A DNA stretch of 63,796 nt, filler included, from Collodictyon triciliatum (lineage: Eukaryota), in the NCBI GenBank assembly GCA_043381765.1. It is 6 parts of 6 records of this genome, joined end to end, with 100 filler letters (N's around TTAATTAATTAA, not from the genome) between each part and the next. Parts side by side here need not be neighbours in the genome. Positions count along the whole stretch, not along the records: positions 10,434 to 26,309 come from JBHJMP010000772.1; positions 26,410 to 34,568 come from JBHJMP010000773.1; 4 more parts are not named here. One strand, written 5' to 3'. The notes under the pieces are model-generated. The model worked only from the letters and a program-made list of their open reading frames with translations. It was not told the DNA's origin and searched no databases. Position numbers and translations under genes: made by a program. This document shows positions 10,572 through 29,352 of this stretch, one piece after another; position 1 is the stretch's first letter; the number at the start of each line of letters is the position of its first letter.

Positions 10572-16971
<6,400 letters not shown>

Positions 16972-17159
16972 ACTAGCTTTTTTTTTCTTGTATAAAGCAA
17001 ATTAAAAATAATGGATGTAATGTCTGCAATGCGACGAAATCATTTGTTTATTAAACCTGTCATTTTGGGCCACGCACACCTAAACATCATCCTAATCCCC
17101 ACTCAACAAATGTAAGAACTGGATTGGAAAACATTTGTTGAAAAGGCAAACACAACTTG

Positions 17160-17992
17160 GACACAAATACAAAATTGAAAACATAAATATAAATACAAAA
17201 TTGAAAACATAGACATAAACACAAAAATGAAAAATAGATGTAATACAAAATTGAATGACATAAATATAAACACAAAATTGAAAACATAAATATAAACACA
17301 AAAATGAAAAATAGATATAAATAAATGCAAAATTGAAAACATAGATATAAACACAAAATTGAATAGCATAGAAATAAACAAAATATTAAAAAAAATATAT
17401 ACACAAGATCGAAAAATATAGATGTAAGCACAAAATGAAAAACATAGATTAAACACAAATGAAAAACATAGATAAAAGCACAAAATGAAAAAACATAGAT
17501 TAAACACAAACGAAAAACATAGATATAAATACAAGATTGAAAAACATATATACAAACACAAAATTGAAAACATAGATATAAACACAAATTGAAAAAATAT
17601 AAACACAAAATGAAAAAAATGGATGTTAACACAAATGAAAAACATAGATATAAACACAAAAATGAAAAAAATATACAAACACAAAATTGAAAACATTAGT
17701 GTAAACACAAAATGAAAAACATATATACAAACACAAAATTGAAAACATTAGTGTAAACACAAATTAAAAAACATAGATATAAACACAAATGAAAAACATA
17801 GATTAAACACAAAATTGAATAGCATAGAAATAAACACAAAATTGAAAAACATATATACAAACACAAAATTGAAAACATTAGTGTAAACACAAAATGAAAA
17901 ACATAGATATAAACACAAAATTGAAGGAAATATAAGCACAAAATGAAAAACATAGATTAAACACAAAATTGAAGGAAATAGATGCAATACAA
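17160..17992. repeat. Degenerate ~24-28-bp minisatellite, consensus about AAACACAAAATTGAAAACATAGATAT, roughly 30 copies
   Basis: Recurring ACACAAAA(T)TGAAAA core with variable tails (CATAGATAT, CATAGATT, CATTAGTGT, CATATATAC, TAGCATAGAAAT). Strongly A-rich on the + strand. Confidence 0.9.
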
Positions 17993-18042
17993 TATTTATA
18001 ATAGTATTTATTATATCATTGAATCTGCTCCATAAACAGGAA

Positions 18043-18114
18043 GCGGGTGTAGCTCAGTGGTAGAGCGTTCGACTGCAGATCGAATGGTCGCCGGTTCAAT
18101 TCCGGTCGCTCGCT
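18043..18114 (+). tRNA. trnC-GCA: tRNA-Cys (anticodon GCA), intronless
   Basis: Acceptor stem GCGGGTG/CGCTCGC, A box TAGCTCAGTGGTAGAGC, anticodon arm TTCGA-CTGCAGA-TCGAA, B box GGTTCAATTCC, discriminator T. Confidence 0.97.
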
Positions 18115-18119
18115 TTTTT
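18114..18119 (+). terminator. RNA polymerase III oligo-T terminator
   Basis: TTTTTT immediately after the tRNA acceptor stem. Confidence 0.8.
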
Positions 18120-18412
18120 GTCTGCCTCGCGCTCGAGTCTGTTTTCTTTTTTAACACTTTATTCGATTCCTGTCTTTTTTTTTATCTTTCTATTTTTTTC
18201 TTTTTTCTTTTCTCTCATTTTGCGCCCACGACGCAGTCCTTCTTTCCTTGGTTCTCTCCACGGCTTTTGTCCCGCTTCTCAAGTGATCGATCTCCTGTCG
18301 GCGCCACACAAAGGATGGAAAAGAATCGCTGTTGGGCAGTGTCTCCTTACACACAGGGATATCTGCGGCCATACGCACACAATAACTAATGAGTTGGTCG
18401 ACTCCAAGAAAT

Positions 18413-18527
18413 AAACAAACAAACAAACAAACAAACAAACAAACAAACAAACAAACAAACAAACAAACAAACAAACAAACAAACAAACAAACAAACAAAC
18501 AAACAAACAAACAAACAAACAAACAAA
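18413..18527. repeat. (AAAC)n microsatellite
   Basis: Directly visible, intergenic. Confidence 0.95.
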
Positions 18528-18668
18528 GAGCAAAAAAGAAAAAGAAAAAAAGGTTAAAAAAAAGTCGACGTTGATGCAAAATACAACTACCTGGAACGGC
18601 TTATTGAATGCACACTGACTGAAAAAAAAATATACAACTTTGATATCTGTCCTCCAAGCCTATTCGCC

Positions 18669-20176
18669 ATGCAGCTGAAGTGGCCCCAAATCAATTGGCG
18701 CATCTATGTGGATCGTCTCGTTCGACCGTACTACATACTCAACATGCTACTGATTCTGTTCTACGTGCTTGTTCGTGAGTTTGAATTGTCTCCACAGTCC
18801 GTTATCTTCAGGGAGGACGACTATGGGATGCAGCGGGTAAGTCCAATAAACAGATGGTTAAATGAATAGATAATTCTGTGGCATCTTTGATTGCCTGTGA
18901 ACATTGTTCTGCAACATATCTTATTTCATGCAGTGTTGTTCATCACACTGAAACTTTTCTTTTTTTAGCCTGTTGGATCATATTCTCTTCATATGCACGA
19001 TATGTCTGTGTCTGTGAATCAAGTCGCTCAACACGACTTAATTGATGAAATAGGAACAACAAGTTTTGTTTTGCGCCCTTGTCATTACCGGAAGGAAAGC
19101 CATGCGCATGTCTTCCATCGAAGCCTTCCTTGGCTCCTTTTTTCTTTATGCGAAGGCATCCATCTCAGTTCTGCTTTTCCTGGCTGATGGTCTCCTATGT
19201 GCTACGTTTGTGACTCTTGCCTTCTGTACGTGAATACATGACTCAATACTTTTCTTTCAAGATGATAATATAAAATTAGATCTAGTGGGGAAAAAAATCA
19301 TTTGTTGATATTATATCATATAAGTCGGAGAAGAAAAATTGATATCGTTGTATACACCACCTCAAAGTAAGTATGGTAGTAATGATTTATAGATAAGATT
19401 TATATAAAAATACACTACAGTTCTTCATGTGTTGTGTCCACAGCCTGATTACAAAGGCCCCAGTGCATACCAATTCGTCAATGAGATTACTCTGAACGAC
19501 CTGCTCAAAAAGACAAGGAACCCTGTGATTGTCACATTTTTCACCACTTGGTCACCTCCCTGCATCCACACTGCTCCAATATTTGCTGATATTTCAATTG
19601 AGTAATACAGCTACCAGCGAATTGTTAAATCTATCATTGAATTTAACGGAAATATTCAAAAGAAAAACATCTTTTTCCCAACAGAAAGAACCAAAGAAAC
19701 CCCCACTGTTATAAATCCCATATTCTTTTCTTTTCTAGATACAAACAGGTAGCAACTTTTGCCAAAGTTGATGTTGGTCGCTATCCTTCCGTTGCAAAGA
19801 AGTACAATATAAATACAGATGGAACGTCCCGCCAACTTCCGACAATAATAAAGTTTGTCGCTGGACAAGAAGTTTCCCGCATTCCGAATATTCCTGAATC
19901 CGGTATAGATAACCGAGTCATCAATAAGGTAAACTCTGTCCTAATAATATCTGCACTTTCCGCAATCTTATTTTTTATTTTATTTCTTCATATGCTCTCT
20001 GACCATCATGAACAATCACTGATCTCCTGGAATAATCCTCTTCACAATAAATTAACATTGATGCATTCGAATTTTATCAGCAAAATATTGTCGATGCTTT
20101 TGAATTGCATGGCCTACTCGACTCTGGGGAAAAGAAAGCACCTAAAAGTGAAACAAAAAAGACAAAGAAAGAATAA
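18669..20176 (+). CDS. TMX2: Thioredoxin-related transmembrane protein 2
   Basis: Five exons: N-terminal PYYILN hydrophobic segment, QPDYKGP after the TM region, non-canonical site FFTTWSPPC (SxxC), KVDVGRYP, SRQLPTII, and a C-terminal dilysine-type tail KKTKKE-TAA. Confidence 0.9.
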
Positions 20177-20488
20177 ATAGATTAATGAATTCTATCTGCA
20201 AATCCAACAGCCTTTTTCTCGCTCTGCCAAATAAAGCACAGAAGCCACTGCCGAACGATATGTTTGTTCAGAACTCATGGAACGCTTGACAAACTTATCA
20301 TCGAACGCAAAATGTGGTGATTCAATATATCTTAAAAATGCCGATCCCTAAGAAAAAGAAAAGGGGAGGAAAAAAAAAAGAAAGAAAAAAAATAGAGACG
20401 CTATGAAAAGGCAAATGGTATGTGTTTTATTGAATACAATTATGGAAATCAAGCTATGGTCGCGGCATCTAGAAATTGGTTCGTTAAG

Positions 20489-23400
20489 CTACTCAAGTTC
20501 ATGTGCTAATCCAACTGTGGGATAATCGCTCATATTCGGCACTTGGGAGATAGATTTCGGGTCGTCAGGATTGCTTTTGTCCGTCACCCACTCGATGTGT
20601 TTGATGTAATGACCCCACACATCAAACTTTTCAGTAATACGATACAGATTGTGAGGCCTTCTCCAACCTTCGAATTCACCCATACATTGAATTTCCATCC
20701 TTTCATGTTCTACCAACAGCCCTTTGATGCTCTCCGTTATCTATCAAGGCATTATCAGCAATATACCAGAGCACTATGTTAACATGTACGGTTTAAGAAA
20801 AAATCTCGTACAAGTATATCCCCATTATTGAATTCTCTTGTTGTCTGCAATCCATTCCAAACTGCGTTGAGGATTAGTTGATTAGTACTTTCATGAGTAA
20901 TTAACAGACGGATTCAAAGTTCGGCACATGTATAAATAGATATGAAACCCGCAGCCCCGAAACAATCGCAAAGCAGCATTCGACTCCCTATATTCGTTGT
21001 GGTTGGGGTCACCTTAGAATATATAACCAACGCAAACATATAAGTGTAGAAGTAAATATTCTCATATTATGTCTACCCGTCAGTCCGTGCCATGTCCATC
21101 CATAATCAACAGATATTGTCGACTTGATTGAAAACTCGGTATTTCCATAGTTCATGTGGTCCATGATAGTTTGAACCTTCATGTTGGATTTTTTTTTCTC
21201 TTTTAAAAAACATACTTTGGCGATATCACATGTTCACAGAAATAAATATGTGAATATTGAATAAAATCACATAGAATACCTGGAAACAATATCCAATCAC
21301 TTTTTTCAATATTTCTTGAATCCTATCGTCTCTATGAGTTCCCGTCGTTGTCGGTACTATCTTTAATACATGAAAAATATGCGTGTTCAAATTAATGAAT
21401 TACAATAAATGAAGGCCAATCTTTACTTTATTGAAATACATTTATAAAAGACGCATATCAATCATCGTGTTCCAGTGTCATACAATCATGCTGGTTCCTG
21501 TTGACTTTGCTATTTCCATCTCATATGCCTTTGAGGCATTCTCCATTAACTTGATGTATTCTACTCATTATTTTTTTTTAATAAATCATTTTAGTTTTTG
21601 GCTTCCTTATCACTTATAAATAGAATTCGACGCTTCTTTAAAACTAACCTGATATTGTCCGATAGTTCTCTTGTATGTTCTTCTGATACTTTTTCGCAAA
21701 GTCGAAATGAAAGTTCACAACTACCACAAACATGTCCTTGATCAGATTCGTTGGAGATGAGTCTCTTCTCTGTATATTTTCATACATCGAGCTGCCCAGT
21801 GTTGATATAAGTGCGACCTCGTTTCTCTTGTTATCATCGATTAATTGCAAAATGCCCTATTTGAATCGAATATGTTAGCTTTAACAATCTAAAATGTTTC
21901 GTAAACGTCAAAGTTTCAAACACTTGTCAGTTAGGACTTACGGATTTCAGTCTCTTTTCATCCAGATACTCTGTTCTTGAGGCTGTGTCTCTTGAAGCAC
22001 TGATAAAATAAAAGAAGAATGTCGGAAATGTGAACAGCGTTATGCCATAAAGTATTCCATACGAACCCGTCCTATTATAAATAAATAGGAGTTGCTTAAT
22101 AACCAAAAGTTGACCTATTGGGAAGAAAAAAATAATCCAACATCTTTACAAAAACTACCCATGCATCTTTACTTACAATTTTGTAGCAAAAACCGTAGTT
22201 ATAGTGCTTGCAGATATGAGCCATAGGACAAGATAAAAAAGGATTTGTATAGCTGGGATAACTACACAGGACACCATATATATAATGGCCTCATATATTT
22301 CGGAGTATAAAAACAGGTAATGGCTCCATTTTACTGAACAACCGAACCCATAACCAGAAAGGACGAATATAATTCGTGTAAGACTGCTGATTCCGTAAGC
22401 TGCTCCAATGAAAGATGGTATTCTCCAGCAGTCGTACGTTGATGTTTTGTTTTTATCATCGTTGAACACAATAAATAGGCTCATTAATGTAAATGTCACA
22501 CAGAAGACGAATACTCTGACAAATAAAAGCCAGTTCTGTGATTCCCGAAAGGATTGGCACTCCGAAAGTATTCCATAGTCTACGTACCCAAAAGCAAAAC
22601 AGCTTGCTATTGTTGCGAATGTTTGAATCCTACATCAATTCAGACGATAGAACACTTCAGGAAGGAATATACTATTTTAATTATTGCATCATATGGATTT
22701 TTTTGTCATTTTCTATGTCTTTTTCTGTTAATTCGAATTTCGTTAACATGTGATTTTTTGATTTATTTTACGTAGAATCCCTTATTTCATAATAAAAGAA
22801 CTTGCCCGAGTATACGCTTGTTCATATGTGTTTTCATGCTACTTTGAAAGAGTATTTCTTCATCTCTCTCGAATCGAAGGTCCCCCAAATAAGCCATCAT
22901 CCCTCTTTTCTTTTTTGCCTGCTGAAACGGGCTCTTTCGATCTTCAATCTGTATGCATAATAAAACAATATGAAGAAAAATAAGGTATTTTCTCTGCGTA
23001 GACGCTATTTTATGCACACTATTCATTTTCTTTTATTCGATCCAAAGATGTTATGTACGTCAATTACCAGAGAATCCAAGATGTCGCATTCGTTATTTTT
23101 GTCTGTATTGAATTTCCCACCGTTTATATGCGACTTTATTCCATTCATATAGTGTGTTTCCAACTGTTTCTCGTTATCGATGCATCGAAATACATATAAA
23201 ATACTTTTTGCGTCCTTTACTCCTGGTAGCTCCTCAAAAAAGGACAGATTATTCTATTCGTATGCATATAGGCGATAGTCAATAACATTGTGTGATGTCT
23301 CCAATATGGAGCGATTCAATGTCTATGATATTACTGTTGTGTCTCCTCTCTCCAGATGGCTGTCTCTCCAATATGCGTTTGTGACAATGTTCCATTCATT

Positions 23401-25964
23401 TGCAGCATCTGCCAATCTCATCGAAGAGCTTAGTCCTGATCAAAATAATTCAATGTTACATGTATTTCTGACAATTTATACATGTATTACGCATACAGTA
23501 AAGTATAGATCCAAACCATCTCCAATTACTTCAAACGTTACTTTCGAGTATTCTAGCAACCCGCCCGACACTGCACCGTTTCCCACTCCAATCTTTATAA
23601 ATGCCTGTGATTGATAGATTTCATATATCTCTTCGCTTATGTATTTTTATTTCATTTGTCAAAAGATATTCTTCCCTAAGTAAGCGTATTAAACCCTTGG
23701 ATTACCTCACTAGTCTGTAATTGTATGCATGCCTTTAAAACAGTCTCTGCTACTTCCAAAAAATCACAGATGTTTTCTCCAAATAAGCCGCTAACAAACT
23801 ATGATCGAGCCACAAATGTCAAATTGTTCAATCTAGATTGTCGTTGAAAACTATCCTATCCTTACCACAGTGCATGCACCTGTGGTTGTGAATATGTGAT
23901 TTAGTGGTGTGCAAAAAAAAAAAAACTTTATTTCGACATTACATGTAAGATTTAAAAAAAATACCCAACGTCCCAGCCTTGTGTAACCCTTTCCTATTGC
24001 AAAATTTGATTGGAATCATCACATATGGTTTTTTGTCTTCAAAAAAATAGGAAATACATTACCGTTCGCACTCCAAGGATACACATCTATAGATATGAGA
24101 AATGTTAAAATAGAATCTTTATCAAGCAACCATAGTCATATTTAAATAGACTACTCATATAGCTCGTCCATTTCTCTCAGTATGGATGGCTTGTCAAGTA
24201 TTGCGTCACTCTTTGCTTGAATTGAGACACACAACACTGCACAGTTACTGTTTTCATAGAATGGGATAATCTTTGATTGCGCCAGGATTGACCTCATCAC
24301 CGGTCTGTGAATTCGATTTTTGTTCATTTCAGCCGTTTATTTAAAACATGAAAATTTTATCGAGTTATTGGAAAGGAATCGATGGAAAATAAGCAAATAC
24401 AACCGCCTTACATAGGATAGAGGTTCGATAGCAAAAACTTTGTGTGATTTCTTCTTTTTACAGCAGATTTCTGGACAATTTTTAGTTTCTCTCTGGCGTA
24501 AAAGGAACTATATGGGAATCAGATAAATTATATCATCATATATTCACACATAGAGTATCTGGAATGTAATTACTTTCTCTTCTGCACTTGAACGGTTTTC
24601 ATCACTGTGGTGCTTATTATTGAAGAAGTAATAACCGGGAACATGCATCGGAAAATAATCTTCATGTCCAAACACAATAAAAATCGAAGGATAGCAAATA
24701 AAGTTATATTTCCAAGTGCTGTAATAATTTTCTGCAGACGATAATCACCAGGGATGACAACGGTGAATACCTATTTAGAAAAATAAAAGATGAGAAAAGA
24801 AAAGCGAAATTTCAAGATATATTTCCTCTTATTTGACCGAGTGTATTATATAAATTTTCATTACAAAAATTATGAACTGGAACTCAGAAAATATGGAGTC
24901 GGGGTTGATGAAGAGTACGATTGTAAACGACATTGTGAGAACGAGGTAAAACCATGCGTTGACCAGAAAGTATACCCTGGGGTATGATGCATAACTGATT
25001 TCATTAATGAGTATATCATTTTGTGCATATCGGAAAGAAATACCTTGACAGAGAGTGAATTTTGTTTTCATTTTTCATCCCGTTTCTCAGGTAGCTGTAG
25101 GCGGTACCAAATACGAAGCAGAAAAATGAAATATGACCGTAATATACTATCCATAAAAACTCGTATCCGATACTAAGAGAGGTAATGCGTCAGTGTTATT
25201 GGTCATTAGGGTTGAAAAAAATACTTTTTTTGTGAAGTGTAGCATTCCGGTTATATAATGGATAAATATTACGAATAATATAATGCGTATGCGGCATATA
25301 AAAGGCCGACTACACAGAATATGACCGTTGTGCCGACAAAATCCATTGCAATATGGACGATATATCCTTTTTCTAAGTTGTCGTCTCTGAACCTGCACAT
25401 TCACAAAGACAAAATAGAATTACACCTTTCTCAGGAGGGAACACAGCTTTGGCTATTTCAAAGTCAACAAAATCGCTGAATAATCTGCATGCAAAGGGAT
25501 GTTTGATTTTCAAAGAAAAGGATATAACGTTTATAATGAAGCAAACGATACATTGTGAAAGAGTGAAGTTAATATACTGATGTATTTTACTCAGAAGGTA
25601 TTTGCGTTTCAAAGTACCTTAGCGTTCTTTTGTTAATTATAGGGGAGGGAAAGGTTTCCTCCTCATGTTCATTCATCTGCAGCTGTTCCATTATGTGTCT
25701 TAAATCCGCCCCTTGGTTCCCGTTGTCAACGCGTGTCCGATGGGTCTCTTTTTCATCTGCTTCGCTACCCTGCCTCTCTCTTGACTGGTTGTGATCCACT
25801 TGCTTGACTCTCATCCGAAGGTATTGTCCATACCTCTTTGAGGTGGCATACTTGGTAGAACCGAGCGACGAGCCAGATGACCCGATGCTTTCGACCTCAT
25901 GCTTTGTCGATCTTGTGTGGTGACTATTCTTGCGATCACTTTGGAGGCCGTCAAAGCCTTCCAT
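20489..25964 (-). CDS. Membrane adenylyl/guanylyl-cyclase-like protein, paralogue B (TM-C1-TM-C2 layout, both domains degenerate)
   Basis: Spliced C1: FLLSNLYPIPV...CAVLCVSIQAKS...KGLHKAGTLGACTVFVSGL...IKIGVGNGAVSGGLLEYSKVTFEVIGDGLSSSMRLAD, collinear with the class III consensus. Second TM block at about 22000-23030. C2: FVVVVNFHFDF...EIAKSTGTSMI...CDCFGAAVWNG...ILITESIKGLL...MGEFEGWRRPHNLYRI. The 3' end may extend to an exon near 20190-20348. Confidence 0.75.
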
Positions 25965-26309
25965 TTCTCCCAGCCTTCAACCTTTGCCTGACTCCGAAGA
26001 TTTTGGTCAGTCTTTCTTGGAATGAGTGGATTTTGTGTGCGTGTTGGTTTGTTGCCTGTTTGTTTTTTGTTTTTTGGGCTGGTATTTTCGTCCTGTGCTG
26101 CGATCGACATTCAAACTTTAATACCTCCGTTATAAAACGTGCCATAATTATCGTTTTGTTTCGTTATACGCTCCATATGTGGTTTTTGTGGTTTTTTATG
26201 GGTTTTTATGGTTTTTTATGGTTTTTTTATGGTTTTTTATGGTTTTTTATGGTTTTTTTATGGTTTTTTTATGGTTTTTTATGGTTTTTTATGGTTTTTT
26301 ATGGTTTTT

Positions 26310-26409
26310 NNNNNNNNNNNNNNNNNNNNNNNNNNNNNNNNNNNNNNNNNNNNTTAATTAATTAANNNNNNNNNNNNNNNNNNNNNNNNNNNNNNNNNNN
26401 NNNNNNNNN
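26310..26409. other. Artificial contig spacer
   Basis: N44-TTAATTAATTAA-N44. Confidence 0.97.
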
Positions 26410-26601
26410 TCTCTTTTCTTCTCTTTTCTTCTCTTTTCTTCTCTTTTATTCTCTTTTATTCTCTTTTATTCTCTTTTATTCTCTTTTATTCTCTTTTATT
26501 CTCTTTTATTCTCTTTTATTCTCTTTTATTCTCTTTTTTTTTGTCCCTTTTTCTCTATTTCCCTTCCTTACAACCCAAGCGCCTCGCAGGAGCACGACCT
26601 G

Positions 26602-28852
26602 ATGGATGCAGACGAGAGCTCCCCCGCCCCGCGTGAAGCCCGGGTAGCCAGCCGCCTGCGACAACAAGTGCTGCAGCACCGCACTGGCCAGAAGCCGGGC
26701 TCCTCAGCCTTTCCAGACAGCGCGCAGCCCTCGGCCACGCATCGCGCTTCGCAGCCTTCTTCTCAGCGCCTATTTTATATCCCACCGCAGCCACGCCCAG
26801 GCTCAGCGCATGCAGTTCTGCGCAAGGCCGAGTCTGCATCTGTCATCTCTACCTCCGCCTCGTCTCCAGCGCTTCTCTTCCACGGATACGCTCCCCGCAA
26901 TCGACGGAACATGAGTCCATCTTTTGCTGCATCAGGCGCCACATCACCGCATGCGCTTCAGCCCCAAAGTGTCGTGTCGGGCGCACAACTCGCTCGAGGC
27001 GTGTCTATCGGGCCATCTCCATCTTCACCAGATGCAGAGCGCATGCCACGGCATTTGAATGGAGGGGCCCTTGCATCATATGCTGGACACAGAAATCCTG
27101 CTGATCCGGAGAATGTGGCCTCCACTCGCAAAGCGGGGTGGATGTCAACGCGTGAGCATCTGCGTGACTCAGAGGACATCCCGGATGATAGGCCTGTTCC
27201 TGCTGCTGACATCCCCGATGACATCGACGAGTTTATTTCAGATTCTAGACCAACGCGGCCGATATCTGCTGGGGCGAGATCTGCTATCTCTTATTCACAA
27301 GAGTCGTTGGTGACTTACTCCCGCTCAGGTGGCTCAGCACGTGATTCGGATTCTGCAGTGAAGAGGACTGTCAATCGCCCGACATCGAAGGCTACTGCCC
27401 CGAATCGTCCGCAGTCATCCAAATCCTTTGTAACTGTTTTCACCAATCAAGAAATATCACAATCAGGAATGAGGGTTGCGATTGCAGAATCTGCCGGAAA
27501 ATATTCAGATAGATCATGTATGCTCATCATACTCAATTTTTGTTCCATTTATTGTATTAATTACTCTCTTCTTTTTTTTTCCTCTCTCTTTTTTCCTCTC
27601 TCTTTTTTCCTCTCTCTTTTTTCCTCTCTCTTTTTTCCTCTCTCTTTTTTCCTCTCTCTTTTTTCCTCTCTCTTTTTTCCTCTCTCTTTTTTCCTCTCTC
27701 TTTTTTCCTNNNNNNNNNNNNNNNNNNNNNNNNNNNNNNNNNNNNNNNNNNNNNNNNNNNNNNNNNNNNNNNNNNNNNNNNNNNNNNNNNNNNNNNNNNN
27801 NNNNNNNNNTTTTTTTTCTCTCTTCTTTTTTCTCTCTTTTTTTCTCTCTCTTTTTTCTCTCTCTTTTTTTCTCTCTTTTTTTTCTCTCTTTTTTTTCTCT
27901 CTCTTTTTTCTCTCTCTTTTTTCTCTCTCTTTTTTCTCTCTCTTTTTTCTCTCTTTTTTTTCTCTCTCTCTCTTTTTTTTCTCTCTCTCTCTGTTTCTCT
28001 CTCTTTTCTCTCTCTCTTTTTTTCTCTCTTCTTTTTCTGTTTCTTTTTCTTACTATGTATATTCGATATTATATTATTTGGTTCGGTGAATTCCTGTTAC
28101 ATTTATTCAAATACTCTTAAAATACTTGAGAAAACTGGTTTATGAAGTTTTGATATCATTTAAGTATTGGTTTTTTTGTTAACTAATGGTTTTCTTTCTC
28201 TATAAATTACGTATATAACCATATTTCAGCTCCTATGACCCATGGCTCTATGTCAAAACAATCTACTGATCAGTTATGGTGGTCTGAGTTCATCTATCAG
28301 AATAAGGAAGAGAGAGGTTTAAATTGCACTTATTGACTGTATTGTATCCTCAATCTCCACTTACAACTTTGCTATTTTTCTTTTCTTTTTTCTTTTTTCA
28401 ATAAGAGAAAGCTATGGTTACGATTTTGGATATTTTTCGATAATTGGTATGTTGCACAACGAAAGCGATTGTAAATTAAAATGTTTCTCCTTTTTTTCTT
28501 TTTTGAATAAAACTCAGAGAAACTATTATGGAGGACATATTGTCCTAATACTTCTGAAGATGTAATTAAGCGCTTTCGCCGAAAGAAATCAAATCGCCAG
28601 AGGAGCCCTCGAAAGGTGTCTTTGTATCTTTTCATCCTTAAGCAGGCGTCTGTTTGTGATTCAATGCATTTATTTCAATTTTGGTAACCCTTTTCATCGA
28701 AACAAATCAAGGAACGGGGTCCGAAAGTTGACTATGCAAAGCGATACCAAAAAATGCTCGAGCGGCTATCTTCTACAATTCAGGAAAAAATGCGTCAACA
28801 AGAAACAAAAAAAATTATGATAGATGAGGAGAGGAAAAAATTCAAAAAAAGA
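26602..28852 (+). CDS. Unknown protein: Ser/Pro/Arg-rich disordered N-terminus followed by a coiled coil; no stop codon before the IDH exons
   Basis: Exon 1 MDADESSP...GKYSDRS (GC-rich), then SPMTHGSMSKQSTDQLWWSEFIYQNKEER, EKLLWRTYCPN...SPRK and ERGPKVDYAKRYQKMLERL...KKFKKR, all phase-compatible. Ends at a GTGAGT donor at 28853. Confidence 0.7.
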
Positions 28853-28867
28853 GTGAGTTATGAACTT

Positions 28868-29283
28868 CTTTTCTTTTTCTTTTCTTTTTCTTTTTCTTTT
28901 CTTTTTCTTTTTCTTTTCTTTTTCTTTTTCTTTTCTTTTCTTTTTCTTTTCTTTTTCTTTTCTTTTCTTTTTCTTTTCTTTTTCTTTTCTTTTTCTTTTC
29001 TTTTTCTTTTCTTTTCTTTTCTTTTTCATTTCTTTTTCATTTCTTTTTCATTTCTTTTTCATTTCTTTTTCATTTCTTTTTCATTTCTTTTCTTTTCTTT
29101 TTCTTTTCATTTTCATTTCTTTTTCTTTTCTTTTCTTTTCTTTTTCATTTCTTTTTCATTTTTCTTTTTCATTTCTTTTTCTTTTCATTTCTTTTTCATT
29201 TCTTTTTCATTTCTTTTTCTCTCCTTTTTCTTTTCTTTTTCTTTTCTTTTCTTTTCTTTTCTTTTTCATTTCTTTTTCATTTC
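28868..29283. repeat. Pyrimidine-rich compound microsatellite (TTTTC, TTTTTC, TTTTTCATTTC)
   Basis: Directly visible; fills the intron between the unknown gene and IDH. Confidence 0.9.
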
Positions 29284-29352
29284 GCTTGTTGGAGCCTTCT
29301 CATAAAAACTAACCCGGAGCCAAACTCGAAAAAAACATTAACAGTCGCACAG

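Noticed and set aside
17160-17992. CRISPR-like array
   Set aside because: No constant repeat with unique spacers, the variable parts are short and recur, there are no cas genes, and the context is eukaryotic.
18361-18410. ATCTGCGGCCATAC resembling the 5' end of 5S rRNA
   Set aside because: Similarity stops after 14 nt, with no internal control region or closing helix before the (AAAC)n tract.
25514-25526. ATATCCTTTT and GTATCCTT strings (also near 7449, 8622, 24075, 45716) as U12 donors
   Set aside because: They lie inside introns, exons or intergenic DNA and are not needed as donors to keep any frame.
28406-28446. Extra phase-1 exon (ESYGYDFGYFSII) in the unknown gene
   Set aside because: The flanking exons join in frame without it, and the nearer AAG acceptor gives a stop. 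Cannot be supported without cDNA.
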